Shown: positions 37,901 through 51,900 of the stretch, piece after piece
Position numbering within the stretch: the stretch's first letter is position 1
Layout of the letters: each line of letters opens with the position of its first letter
Assembly (NCBI RefSeq): GCF_963676685.1
Contig: NC_092350.1
Location: 59,768,001 to 59,832,000 of the forward strand
From: Mytilus edulis
Taxonomy: Eukaryota
Reading direction: 5' to 3'
Length of the DNA stretch: 64,000 bases
The notes under the pieces: model-generated
What the model saw: the letters and a program-made list of their open reading frames with translations, nothing else
Told to the model about the DNA's origin: nothing
Databases searched by the model: none
Made by a program: the position numbers and the translations under genes

Positions 37901-39485
37901 TGATAATGTCAAGCAAATGTAAATATAATTAATATAAAGTTTTACTCAAACTTTTCATATTGTTTATCAAAATGGTAATTTCAAGTACAATGTTTGAACA
38001 CACCTTAAAATACAAACAAAGTAAGCAAGGTAGCTAATCAAAACCAAAAACAACAGAATGTATCTCCCTCATGCAAAACTCTGACTGTTTACCGCTGTGG
38101 CTATATTTGTTTGTCCTTCTTTGTTTATAGATCTTTATCTTTTTAAACAGTTTTTGATTTTCAAATATTTTGGCCTAGAGCCTTACTAAAAAAAAAGACA
38201 AATATTGCCAAAATGCGCATCTGGTGCAAGGACTTCGTACCGTTCATCTTTTTTCTTAATTATATATTTAGCTATCGAAGTAGTATGAAACGTTTGTCTT
38301 TGATGAAGGAAAAGTTTAAGCTATTTTTGTTATACCATTACATCAGTGATATAAAATCAAGGTGACCTTGTTTAATTTCATCCGGGGCAATCGACTTTGG
38401 CAAAGATCAATGTTTTAATTAGTTTGTGTTTTTGCTGTCATTGTAATGTCTGGAATAATTTCTCTCAATTTTAGTTCAAGATTCAAGGCTTTAAAATTAT
38501 AAGTTTGATATGGGAATGTACCTTATCTATTTGTATTTGTGTTTCTATTGTTGTTATTATTTCGAAATTTATAACTATAATGTTAGTATCTTAAGCTAGC
38601 GAAATCCATCATGACAGTCGCATACAATTCCATTATATTAAAAGCGATATATGTGACCGAAACAAACCGACAAGATAAAGATTAAAATGTCAAATACAGG
38701 GGTACATCAGTCAGCATTGTGTTATTGTCTTAATCACTAGACACTAAAAAAAATATTGCAACAAAGAAAAACAAAAGGCGTATTGACAAAATTGAAAGAA
38801 AAGTGTATAAAAGTTTGTCAAACACCTACTTGTAACATGTGAAATTGTCCATTGTGTCATATTTTTTTAAGAGTACATCCGTTTTTCCGCTCAACGAGAG
38901 TCAAGAGAGTATCAATCTATTTGTTTTTATGATTGTTTGAGAAAAAAAAAGTGAAAGAAAAATTAAAAGAGCCATGACACGAAACTGAACGAAAAGACAG
39001 ATATAAATCTTATCCAACACATTGTTTCACCATATGCACGAGACACACCTCAGTCGTTTACACAATTGGTTTACCATATTGAGTTTAATTTGAATAATGA
39101 TGAATTTACCAATTAGTATATCACTATTGAATTGATAATTATTAAATGTAATTGATTTACCTAAAAGCAGAAAGAACCAACTCGGACCTTTAAAGGATTC
39201 CTATATAAGTGTGAGTACTGATTTTTAAGGCTAACAATAATCCTTTATTGTAAAAATGTGAAATTAAAGAGACAATTTCGAATACTAAAAGCTTTTTTTT
39301 CCACATATAATGTTTCATTCCAATTTCCGAACATAAATATAAAATAATTGTTATCCACTCTACACAAATTGTGGTCGAGTTATTGTTTCCCCTGTACATC
39401 AACGATGGTCAATAAATTCACATATCAGCCCAAATAAGCATTGAAACAGTCAGCCTTAATTCCCCAAAACTATGGGTACGTGAAA
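31572..39485 (+). repeat. Tandem segmental duplication, copy 1
   Basis: Colinear with 40505-48080 from tcacga.taggttgacc to aaactatgggtacgtgaa, with several large indels. Confidence 0.95.
35398..37541 (+). pseudogene. PAN/Apple-like + C-type lectin pseudogene, copy B
   Basis: Exon 1 remnant 35398-35640 (..CAWLCFYDKKCRVASFHMDTSTCRLD..; stops at 35488 and 35518; donor deleted); exon 2 35913-35998 (DQITCVSCFSYEESLYKVIDDPKNWTNAV); exon 3 36809-36905 (C>Y and 9-bp deletion vs copy C); exon 4 only the 3' half, 37443-37541 (EFCLALYQHADYLWIDYQCKNAISFICEFYNN*). Confidence 0.9.
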
Positions 39486-40373
39486 GCCTTATCAATAGAA
39501 CCCTACACATAGATATAAGATCTGGTATGAGTGTCAATTTGACAACCTTTCATCCAAGTCATAAATACGCTTTTAGAATTGAAGTTTTTACTTTAGCATT
39601 ATAAGGCTTGTCTGTGAGGGTTCCTGGCGAAGTTTGACTTTTAATAATCAAATACACCGTATCAACTATTGCGTTTGTACCAACTTCAGATTAAAAAATA
39701 AAAAAAAATAATCTTAATCTCGTAGAATTAAATATGTCATATGACTGAAACCGATTATTCTTTCCTTTTCTCTTGTTGTCTCCAAAAAATATAGGGTGTA
39801 TTTCAACTTGAAATGATTAATTATAAAAAAGATGATGAGCTATGATGGCCAATGAGACAATTCTTCACAAGAGACCAAAATGACACAGAAATTAACAACT
39901 ATAGGTCACTGTACATGCCATACGACCTGTTTCTTCACTGTGTTTGCTTTTTTCTTTAAGCATGTTACTCGTACTATCACGAATACATTGAGTACATTCC
40001 CATTGGTTTGCATTTCACGATTTTTGAATTTAAAGTAAGACTAACCCTTGCACTACGGAGGTTGCACATTTAAATGTAGGTTTTCACAATATTAGATCGA
40101 AAACGAAATAATGAAATAATTAGAAAATTAAATCTCATTACTGATTTAAAGTTACTGTTAAAAAAACCTGTACACTTATTATGTTTCTTTAAGATCCTGC
40201 CCCGAACTCTAATTAATTTTATGTTTTTAGGATTAACAATAGCAATCAATATACTGGACAATTGATCTGTCAAACTAATTACCACGACGACAATTTTTAA
40301 ATAAAACATAACTATTTAATGATTTGATTTTCAACACAAATTTATATCAAATCTATCGAAATTGAAAAAAAGT

Positions 40374-40459
40374 CCGGTTAACCGGTTAGCGTTTTTGGTA
40401 TTCGGTATTCGGTCGTTCGACCGATTAACCGGTTAACCGGTTAACCGTTGACAACACTA
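40374..40459 (-). mobile_element. One end of an hAT-like MITE with AACCGGTT palindromic subterminal repeats
   Basis: ccggttaaccggtta...ttaaccggttaaccggttaaccgttgacaacacta (TAGTGTTG terminus). Confidence 0.55.
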
Positions 40460-43400
40460 AAAAAACCTGTAATTCCTGACTTAAAACAAATGAAGTTGTT
40501 GACCCTCACGAGTAGGTTGACCTTTACGGAATATCCTTTCACAGATGATATCGTATATTTTCCTTATGTCGAAACATCCTGTTCACTTTTCACAAATTAG
40601 AATACTTACAGGGTTTGTAATAACATTAACAACATGACGGATGCAAAATGTAGTGCAGGATCTGCATACTGTTCCAGAGCATATGAAATCGCCACCGGTT
40701 TTTGTGGGGGTTTTGTTGCTTAGTCTGTAGTTTGTTTATGTTGTGTCTTGTGTACTATTGTTTGTCTATTGTCTTTTTCTTCTTTTAGCCATGGGGTTTT
40801 CAGTTATCTTTTTAGATCTATGAGGTTCAATGTCTCTCTGGTATCTCACACTCGTTTTGTAGGGGTGTATAGAATTTCACACCGGTGTTGAAATTGCATT
40901 CTTATTTTGGCTACGCCTCATAATGTATATATTTAAAACAGGTGTGCACATTTTATACACTATTTCTTTTGATTACACCAAAACCCTAATGTTTCTATAA
41001 AGACAAATAGAAAACGAAAATCGAGCGAAACACCAATTTACCCGATTTACACACTATGTGCACGTACAAGATACGTCTTCCTCCAACATGTCTGAGCGCA
41101 CATACCGATTGTTTATCTCTTTGTATATCTAACTGTATGAAACCTATCGGTACACTTTCCTAAAAATGATTTTGAATGAAAATGAAAAATTACTTTTTAT
41201 GAAATATTCGTGTCAATACAGCAATGTTAATTGAAAAAAAGTGTAATTGAATATATTCACTGGTATTTTTTCTCAAAGTAAATGCATTGACATATTTACT
41301 GTTAAGCCAATCATGTCAAAGGAGTTTTTTTTTTTTTTTTTCACCAAAAATTAAAATGATATATATAAGGTTCACTCTTCAAAATGTTCTTTCCCATGCA
41401 AAAACCAAGTAGTGTGTAAGGTGTCTGTACATCCAAGTAAACATAGATTTCATTTGCAAATATGCGTTGTATATATGATTTGTTTGAGGTTTTAATTTTA
41501 CCATTTGAATAGAACTTAGGTTTAGCACTATAAACAAAACAAAGTTCAATCCATCATTTTCTACATAAGAACATTGAGTACCAAGTCTGAAATATGACAG
41601 TGTTTATCCATTTGCAAGATGTGTTTGAGCTTTTGATTTAGCCACTTGGATTCGGGACTTTTATTTTGAATTTTCCTTGAAACTCAGTATGTTTGTGATT
41701 TTACTTTTTGCAATTGTATTTGTATAAACATGGTTTTAGTCTATTTTTGGAATCAAGCATTGTAAGGTTATATTTAACATGTTTAGAACAAAAGATTTTA
41801 GTGTTTGTAATATCTTTTTACTAAAATAACTAATATACCTTGTCATGATTGTACGTTTCAAGTATCATGACTAAGGACACACTAGTCTTGATATAAGATG
41901 TTCGAAATAGAGGTATTCTGAAAGTCTTTTTAGTTCAGTTATTTTCTTTGAAACAAAGTGGCTTTTACATATTGTATTGACATTGCACCTTTTACACATT
42001 TTGAAAACTTACATCTGATTGGAGTAAATTATAAAATTTATCTCGGGTTGTGGATATTTTTTGTATTGTATTGTTCTTCATAAATTTAGGACGAGACTTT
42101 CGTAGACTACTTTTTAATGTATGGACTTTATTTATGGTTCGTACTGTGGTCCCTGGTGCTTATGTATAGGTTTCGTAGTAGCACTAAAATATATTTGTTT
42201 TAATCAACTTTGTAATATGATGATATAGCTTTGTATCACAAAACGAAATAGACTATTTGAGAGTATTTGATTACATAGTAATATTTCGAGTGTGTTTCGT
42301 TTATAAGATATAAGTACATAAGCTCATATATCAATTACATTCTTACAACCAATAAGAACATGTAAGGGATAATGTGAAGGCAGTGACATTAGAATTCTAC
42401 AATGTATGTACTGTCGGACATTTGTGCCATGAATTGCAAATTACTTGCAGTTTCTAAATACGTCGTGTTTGTTTTTTTATCAAATCATTCATTAATATAA
42501 AAACAGATCTTTTCATGAGTACTCTGTTGAAGTTCGAGCAAACATTTGTATTACTAATGTCGTAACGAGTGTTGATTAGTATATCGTAATAACAAAATGA
42601 ATGATACAATAATTTAACAAACAAACATTAACTGAAATTTTCAGCATCGGCAAACACAATATACGGTTACATTTCAAGACAATGTTTACAATGTTTACAA
42701 TTTGTATACAGACAAATACTACAGATGTTTTTTTTCAACAATCAGTAATTTTTCGAGCATAACTCTGCCGCAATACCGTAGCGAATTCCTCACCAACAAA
42801 CCAGTATGTTAAAACCATCGACAACTTTGCTCTGATGTATATAAATAAGTTGGTGTTTGTGCATACTATACATAATAATACACATATCATACGCAAAGTC
42901 AAACTCAATTAATCGGTTTATTTGTGGAACATATCTTAAGGGGGTAGACCAGGTATATGAGAGACTACTCTTACACATATATTAAAAGTCATTAGTGCGT
43001 TTTAACATAGCCGTAAATTAAACAGTGATCAAGCATTTAATTTGTTTACATTTGCCTGTGAGAATGATACAGGCAGAATCAGTAAGATGTACAGGTTGAA
43101 ACCACAAAACATTAAACTAAAGAACATCTGTTGATGGGGAAGCATAGGTAGAAATTACCATTCATACATGAAATGCTTAAAACACACCAATAAACTGAGT
43201 CTTATGATTTCTGGAGCAATTATACTGACTAAAGAACCTTGTTGCGTCATTTAGAAAAATAATTGGAAGTATTTGGAAATTTGATTAGAACAAATGACTC
43301 AAATAATGAAGTAATATGGTTTTATGCTAAGTATTTGATACAGAGTTTGTACTTACTGTTTGTGTTTGTTTTTCCCACATAAAAGGCACTATTCTAGAAG

Positions 43401-43912
43401 ATATGATATGAACATCAATCTTTGAACAAGCTTATGCTAACAAATAATCTACATTACCACACAGATCGTACTTAGATAGTGACAGTCTGTCAAAACAATG
43501 AATTCTGATAGCGTCTGATATTGACGACAGGGGCATTGTGAAGTCTGGGGAGAGAAGATAATCAATAGTTGTGATAAAAAATGATGTCAACACGCCCAAG
43601 GATACTCGTCCAATACTGAATAATTGTTTTTTCCTTATAACATTAATTTTTAATAACAGTTATTATCGGGATATTACTCCTTTGATTATTACACACAAAA
43701 AGAATACAAAGACAGTCTTAAGGAGGTTTTGTAAGAGGAGAATAAATGTTGTCGTGTGTCTTGGAAGCCAACTTGTAGAGAAAATCAATTTAAAACGATC
43801 AAATACGATAAAATGTTGTGATTTTAAACATCATTAACCCATTTCTCTGACGTCAGTGTATTGTTCTAACCCCCTTAAATACAATTGGACGTCGTTTCAG
43901 TTTATTTTTCAG

Positions 43913-46210
43913 ATCAAATAACTTGTGACGGCTGTTTAAGCTATGGAGAATCGCTTTATAAAGTTATTGATGACCCTAAAAACTGGACAAATTCAGTGGT
44001 AGGTGTAAACATACATTTAATTTGATACTAATCGTCGAGCTAATTCCGCTACAAAAAAAACAGAATGCTGTCTGACAAACAGTTGAACCAGTGCGTATAG
44101 GATCCTGAAAGTCGTTTGAAACTAATTTAGTGGTGAAAATAATGTTAATCAAATTCCGGAACCCATAGATGCATACATCACAAACTTAGTCTTTGTGCAC
44201 AATTTTGTAATTTTAACGTATCTGTTTTGTTTAATCGTCAACACAAATGTTTCACTCGGTTTGTGTTGTTGTGAAATATGATCGTGATTTGAAGCCGAAA
44301 TTAAGCGATTGTCACCTTTCAATCAACTAAAAAAGCCTGGATAATTATGTAATAACGTGAACAATTAGATATAGTTTATTTTGATGCAGTGCGATATTTA
44401 CGTTTGGTTTTCCACTTCGCACTTGCAATTATCGGGCTTGTTCACGAGAAATATGTCGTGCTTGGGTAACGGTAAACAGACAACATGTAAACAAAAGTAC
44501 ATGTACATATGTGTTATAACAGAAACTAGCCATTTAGTTGAAAACATCATATGCATAGTTTGTTTTTAATATGAAGTCATATATGACTGTTATCTTGTTT
44601 ATTGAATATACATGACATATCAATAGTACATGAAGTTTAGTCTTTAAAGTATCCTTTATGTTAATAGCATATGAATTGTCAGCATTGTCTTCAATACAGG
44701 TTAAGTTATTTCTGTAATATACATTTAGTACTGTTCAGATAGTACAGTCAGTAGTAAGTAGAAGTTCCGATTTTTAAGATTACAACGTATGATCTTCACA
44801 GGAAGAATGTAAATGGCTTGGTGGATTTCTAACAGAAGTAGAGAGCATTGAGGAGAATGAGTTTATTAAGAACATAGCTAAAGGCAGATTTTTATTAACT
44901 GGCGGCGGTGAGCGTTTTAAATTTAAGATATTTGTATCAGTTCATATTGCACAGTGACAATATAGGAGTTTCGTAGTTGATTTAGCCATGCAACCGTGTT
45001 GCACTCTAATAAAGATACATATGCAGAAAGAAAATGATTTAAATCATTCAATTATACAACGTACATCTGCAAGCCATGATATAAGTTCAACCTACCATTT
45101 GTCATTTACCGAGTCGGAAATAGGGCAGTTTTTATCAAATTATTTTTTATAAATGTTGCCGTTTGCTTATGTTGAACTTCAGTGTTTCTGTTTTATCCGT
45201 ATTTTTGTCTCTGTTAAAGTTGATGTTTTTCCTCAGATAAAGTTTGAAGTGATATATTACTGTTACCTTTCCTTATACATTGTCTTTTTAATATAGTGTT
45301 TGAAATGTTAATATACACTTGCTATGTAAATAATATAATTATGAAGAAACATTACACATTGAAGACAGACAGTGATATTTAAGAAATACATCGGCTTTCG
45401 TTAACACAATCATATCAATTGACTTTAAATACATTGCTCAAATTAAGTTTCGACACTTGTTTTAAGATTTATTATTGTCTTATCATATAAGCTAAACTAT
45501 GTTTATGTTCTAACTTGTACACGTGAAGATGTTGAACATTTGTCCTACATTGTTTCATCTAACCAATAACTACTTATACTTATACTTTTCTGTACTGTTC
45601 AGTTATTGTAGAAATTTCCATCAGGTGATACATGTACCAACTGTTTAAAATATGTAGAAAACAATCATTGATTTCGCTTTCATCACACTGATGATTCATA
45701 ATAAAATGAGACGCGCGTTTTTTGGCGTATGTAACTAGAAGTGTGGCATCATTAATTGACGAGTTAATAAAAATAACTTCTGAGAAATCCTTCGACAAAG
45801 ATAATAAAACACTGTTTATTTGATTTAACATTTGATTGGTGTAGAAATATATATCTGCCATTTCTAATATCAAGCTAAAAACATTTAAAATATCATATCA
45901 AACTTGAACTGTAAAGAAGGACTGTTTTAAACAAGAAAAAACAGTTGCATTAACAAGGAATACAATTATCTCTTTATTTTACAGATCATTATTATTGGCT
46001 TGGTAAATACAACTATGATCATGATACAAATATGGAATGGATACGGAACCCAAGCCGACCAATGCCGTTTTCCGACTGGTATCCCGGTGAACCAAATATG
46101 GACTGACATATGAGTTTTGTTTAGCATTATATCAACCTGCTGATTATTTATGGATCGATTACCAATGCCAAAACGCCATATTTTTCATTTGCGAATTCGA
46201 CAATAATTGA
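43913..46210 (+). pseudogene. C-type lectin pseudogene, copy C (exon 1 absent; frameshift after EPN)
   Basis: Exon 2 43913-43998; exon 3 44802-44907 (EECKWLGGFLTEVESIEENEFIKNIAKGRFLLTGG); exon 4 45985-46210 (..YWLG..MEWIRNPSRPMPFSDWYPGEPN) with an extra AT at 46098-46099 giving MD*; canonical GT/AG sites. Confidence 0.9.
45682..45730 (+). ncRNA. Decayed hammerhead ribozyme motif
   Basis: CTGATGA..GAGA-CGCGCG-T..TGGCGTA: same layout as 27406-27451, but GAAA>GAGA and stems/cleavage site eroded. Confidence 0.45.
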
Positions 46211-48999
46211 AGCGTGTGTGTTATCCTATAGTTCCAACAAGCAGTATTGGTATTATGTCATAACGCCTGTCTGCAGATGTTCTCGTGCATTAATTTTGAC
46301 GAATTAAAAAAAGTAGTGCTATGTTAATACTGCTGATTTAAACTGTCAGTGCATCAAAGTACATCCGATGTTTAAAATTATTTCTGCATTTGTAACTATT
46401 GGCAAATGACATTTAAAACCACAATTTTGTTACAGCTGTAACCCTAAAGCTAACAGGATAACAGTTTGATTTGCTTCCTTGCCATGTATGTTCTTTTTAA
46501 ATACTGTAGGCGGGGTTAAAACCTGTATTTAGGTAAAGTTAAGTATTTGATAATGTCAAGCAAATGTAAATATAATGAATATAAAGTTTTACTCAAACTT
46601 TTCATATTGTTTTATAAAAATGATAATTTCAAGTACAATGTTTGAACACACCTTAAAATACAAACAAAGTAAGCAAGGTAGCTAACCAAAACCAAAAACA
46701 ACAGAATGTATCACCCTCATGTAAAACTCTGACTGTTTACCGCTATGGCTATATTTGTTTGTCCTTCTTTGTTTATAGATCTTTATCTTTTTAATCAGTT
46801 TTGGATTTTCAAATATTTTGGCCTAGAGCCTTACTAAAATTAAAGACAAATATTGCCAAAATGCGCATTTGGTGCAAGGACTTGGTACCATTCATCTTTT
46901 TTTCTTAGATATATATTTAGCTATCGAAGTAGTATGGAACGTTTGTCTTTGATGAAGGAAAAGTGCACGCTTTTTTTGTTATACCATTACATCAGTGATA
47001 TAAAATTAAGGTGACCTTGTTTAATTACATCCGGGGCAATCGACTTTGGCAAAGAGCAATGTTTTAATTAGTTTGTGTTATTGCTGTCATTGTAATGTCT
47101 GGAATAATTTCTCTCAATTTTAGTTCAAGATTTAAGGCTTTAAAGTTACAAGTTTGATATGGGAATGTACCTTATATATTTGTATTTGTGTTTCTATTGT
47201 TGTTATTATTTCGTAATTTATAACTATAATGTTAGTATCTTAAGCTAGCGAAATCCATCATGACAGTCGCATACAATTCCATTATATTAAAAGCGATATA
47301 TGTAACCGAAACAAACCGACAAGATAAAGATTAAAATGTCAAATACAGGGGTAAATCAGTCAGCATTGTGTTATTGTCTTAATCACTAGACACTAAAAAA
47401 AATATTACAACAAAGCAAAACAAAAGGCGTATTGACAAAATTGAAAGAAAAGTGTAAAACGTTTGTCAAACACGTACTTGTTTGAGAACAAACCAAGTAA
47501 AAGAAAAATTAACAAAGACATGACACGAAACTGAACGAAAAAACAAATATAAATCTGATCCAACAGGTTGTTTCACCATATGCACGAGACACACCTCAGT
47601 CGTTTACACAATTGGTTTACCATATTGAGTTTAATTTGAATAATGATGAAATTACCAATAAGTATATCACTATTGAATTGATAGTTATTAAATGCAATTG
47701 ATTTACCTAAAAGCAGAAAGAACCAAATCGGACCTTTAAATAATTCCTATATAAGTGGGAGTACTGATTGTAAAGGCGAACAATAATCCTTTATTGTAAA
47801 AATGTGAAATTAAAGATACAATTTCGAATAATAAAAACTTTTTTTTCCACATATAAATGTTTCATTTCAATTTTTAAACGTTTTCCCAAACATAAATATA
47901 AAAATAACTGTTATCCATTCTACACTAATTGTGGTCGAGTTTACTTAATGTTTAAGTAAAGCAACACATTTGACACTGCAAACATCTTTGTCAATCTCTC
48001 TTTGCAGGATAGTGACCAGTTTTAATAATAAGCATTTAAACAGTCAGCCTTATTTTCCCAAAACTATGGGTACGTGAACCCGTGTACTTCATGTCACGTG
48101 TGGAGAAGCAGATCATGGCAATTTTCAAGTCATTTGTTTGTTCTAAAAGTTCTGAATACACGACCTCCTGCACTCAAGATCAACATACTACCGGATAATC
48201 ACCATAACCAGATATTAAAAGAAATGATTGTTATACGTTTGCTTTTGTAACATCTCCTTGAGTTATTTCTGTAACTGCGACGTCCTTCATGTTGATTATC
48301 ATATTATGTGATATTACAATTGGAAAACGCAGGAGGGGATTGTTATTACCACAGATGAAAAGTGGAAATGTACTTTATAGAATTCAATTCTTTTAACGGT
48401 ATAATTACCTGGGCCTATTATTAAATTTAATTACAATTCCGAAGTTAATCAAAGACTTGTTATCGTCATAATCTTTATCTTTCTTCAAATTATAAATAGT
48501 AAGATTCATAGCTTCATATATAGATATTTTCATTGAAGTTGGTGTTTAAGATTAATGATCTTTCTTAAACCTTTAATTGCGGATTCCAATCACTAAATGT
48601 TTGAACTTGATTAGATTTTATTCATATTACAGTTAATTAATAGCTGAAGTACCACAACGCATAATCTATTTATCAACGTGACGTAGGGCTGTCATATACA
48701 TTTTCTTAAAAAGCATACAACAACTACACCTGTTAACCATAACTGAAAATTGTTGGAATTACAGAAAATATTCGGAACATTGATTTTTCCGATTGAAAAT
48801 TTGTCAGATGTATATATACTGAAATTTTCTTTAAAGATAAACATAGTTTTTAGAATCTCAAAAGTCAGGATGCGTGTAGAGGGGTGACATGTCCGTATTT
48901 ATTCTTAATTAAAAATGAATGTGTTCCATAGCGTGTTATTAAATTAAACGAATTTTGTTAGCTAGCATTACATTAAATTGTGAATAAATTCGGTGAACA

Positions 49000-51900
49000 A
49001 TGGATATGAAAATAACAACAATAATGTTGCTAATGCAAATGTATATAGTTAACGGGACAACAATAACCGTGACTTTTAAGATACAAAACTTCCGACAGAT
49101 ATCGCCAAACAAACACACCTACGACGTTTACTTAGAAAGCATAATCAAATGTGCTTCCTTATGTTCTAAACAAGATCTGTGTTAACGTTGTGCAGCAAGT
49201 TATGCAGAAGTTTTATCAACGTGTCGGATAGATACATCGGGAAATTGTTCTCTTGCGACACATTCAGACATTGAATGGAACATCATGCGCAATCAAATAT
49301 ATGGTAAGTTTTTAAAAATCATGCTAAAAAGTATCAAATTAAGCATTGGCTTAACAGATATATACACACATTTTCAAACATAGTATTTACATCAGGAAGA
49401 TTTGGATGAAAATGTACTTACATTATGAAGTTAAACATCTAGTAAAAGAAAGAATAAAATAATGAAGACTATTTTCCTTCTGTCACCAGGAAATGCCTTT
49501 TTTCGTAAATTGTTTGGTTATAAATTAGACCGCTTAATTTCGCAATTAATGTGCTTCATATATATCATGTCATACCTTTTTTTATCCGACTATACATTAT
49601 GGCATTTATCCTTGTTGAAGACCGTACGGTTGGCTATAATTGCTTACACCCAATTTAACTTTGGTGGACAGTTGTCCATCCAGAGTCCTGTGCTATCGTT
49701 GTTTTCCATCGATACACGTTTATAATGTAGTAGTATATTATGAATGCATGCGTTTCTCTCTGCTGAGTATTCTTGTGTTTGATTTAACTGTATTATTGTC
49801 ACGTTAAGTGTTGCTACCTATTACAAATACAACTGATTTGTTATTACATTTGTCAGAAGGTACATTCGTGTCTGACCAAATTTGTACTCTAATATACACA
49901 CAACGTGAAGAATCAACTGCTATACAAATATGGCAAAGTTTAGTTAAATGTGATAATATGATAAAATGAGAACTTATAACTGCCGTGTGTCATCTTTATT
50001 TCAAAATAATATTGCATTCAGTTAAAAATGTAGTAAAAACCTGAAAAATTTGCATATAGTTTGTAAGTAACTCGAACTGGATTCCAAATGATCTAATTAT
50101 AATAAGTCCTCGTTAGAAGCTTGATAATTTATGTCAAATGAATTTTACATGCTAGGTTTCAATTGGTATAAACCTTGTGTCGTGGATTGAATTTATTCGT
50201 TCAGTGTGGGTTCGCTTGTTTGTGTTGGTGTGTCTTTTGGTTTCGTTGAGCCATTTCAGTTGATGTTTTAAAATGTGTTTGTGTGTGTTGTGATGTCGCA
50301 CTAATGTTTTGACCAGGATGAAGGTCAGGGCCTCTGGGCCAGCTGCATTTGTTTGTACTGTTTGTTTTCTTGTTTGAATAGCTTTGCAATATTATGTCAT
50401 TGTGTGAGTCCTTCATAGTTTGCTGTTCGTTGTGGGCCGGGGCTCTGTGTTATAGACCATGTGTTGATCTATAGTGGTTTGATTTTACAAATTGAGACTT
50501 AGATTGAGAGTTGTCTTATACTCTCTCGTACCACATATTCCTCATAATATATATAATATATAATCAACATGATAGATCTTACGCAAAATAACTGTTCTTG
50601 AAATAACTAGCTGTTGTTCTTAACCCACCTAAAATTTGAACGTTTTTGTGTTTAAAATATGATATGATAATTATATGTTTCTCTTCATATGCAATATTAC
50701 AAAGCCATTCTTACAATGACTTTTAATAATATGTATAACAAATATTGCATATAATGAGCTCTGCAGAAAAAAATTGCAAAATATAGTTTTTTCTCTATTT
50801 ACAACTGCTGTTAAATAATTTAACAAACATTGACCACACACTACAAAAAATTTTAAACATTCAAGTTTCATTTTTTAATCAGAATCGTACATAAAAACTA
50901 TATCAGTATTTCGGGCGATCAGAAAGAACAGTTTACTATTACTATGCAGATTCCATTCATCCTTTGTTGGTATAATTATCAGCTGATTTCTGAACCATAT
51001 AGAAAGAAATACACTAACGTCTAATTAAAGGCCAACAAAACATTTACACGACGAAAGTAACATGAAGAGCATGATTGTCTTACCAATTCGGAACACCTGA
51101 GCTGACACTCGTGTGTTTTTGGTATTATTTATTCTAAGTCTTTTTTCTAATACTGAACTTTGTTCAGTGTTATTTGTCGTTTGACCGATTTAACCTAACA
51201 AGATGTTGTGATTTTAATAACATCAACTTAATTTAAATTCCCCCTTGCATGTTGAGCATATCTTTGTTCTTAAAGCATCGTATAGAGATGAAGTGTGTTC
51301 TCTTCAATATAGTTTAACAAGTATTAATTCGACATTTTATGATTTGTCGTTGCAACACATCCTCTGCTTAAATACATACATTTTTTTAGACAACTAACAG
51401 TTCTCTATGCGCATGAACAAACTCTACGTTAAATCCGATTACAGAAACTGATTCTGACTGCGGAATAGTACGTCATTATTATAAAACTTATTTATAAAAT
51501 AATTTTAACGATTTTTCGTTGCAACAAATCTCTATCCTGCTACAGTGTTACATGTATATGCACATCAATGGACTCACATTAAATTCGTGTAAAGAAATAT
51601 TTTACTTGTATTTGGACTCGGAATATAACATCATAATTCGAAAAGTATATGAGAGATTCTTTATGCAGGCTTTGATCGATTTCAATAGCAGATGACTTTT
51701 TCGTGTATGGACAATTTATTGGGTTGATTATCGAGGGGCCTCTTTTTGTTGTCTTACTGTTATAATTCAATTATTGATTGATGTCGACAAATGTTGCTTT
51801 ACTTTAATGGCACTTCATTATTATAATTAGTATATTAGGGAATGAAAATAAGAAAATATGACATGAGCACCAATGATAACGCCCCATCAATGTCAAAATG

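Larger units (their letters stand above)
40505..48080 (+). repeat. Tandem segmental duplication, copy 2
   Basis: See copy 1; begins inside the Penelope-like remnant. Confidence 0.95.

Noticed and set aside
35913-43913. Exactly 8000-bp offset between duplicated exons as an assembly artefact
   Set aside because: The copies differ by many substitutions and indels and the offset varies along the duplication.
48150-48205. tRNA gene on the minus strand
   Set aside because: Only a decayed A/B-box-like SINE head; no cloverleaf.
49183-49185. Selenocysteine or programmed readthrough in lectin D
   Set aside because: The codon is TAA, not TGA, lies in a 6-bp insertion, and the gene also lacks the exon 2 donor.
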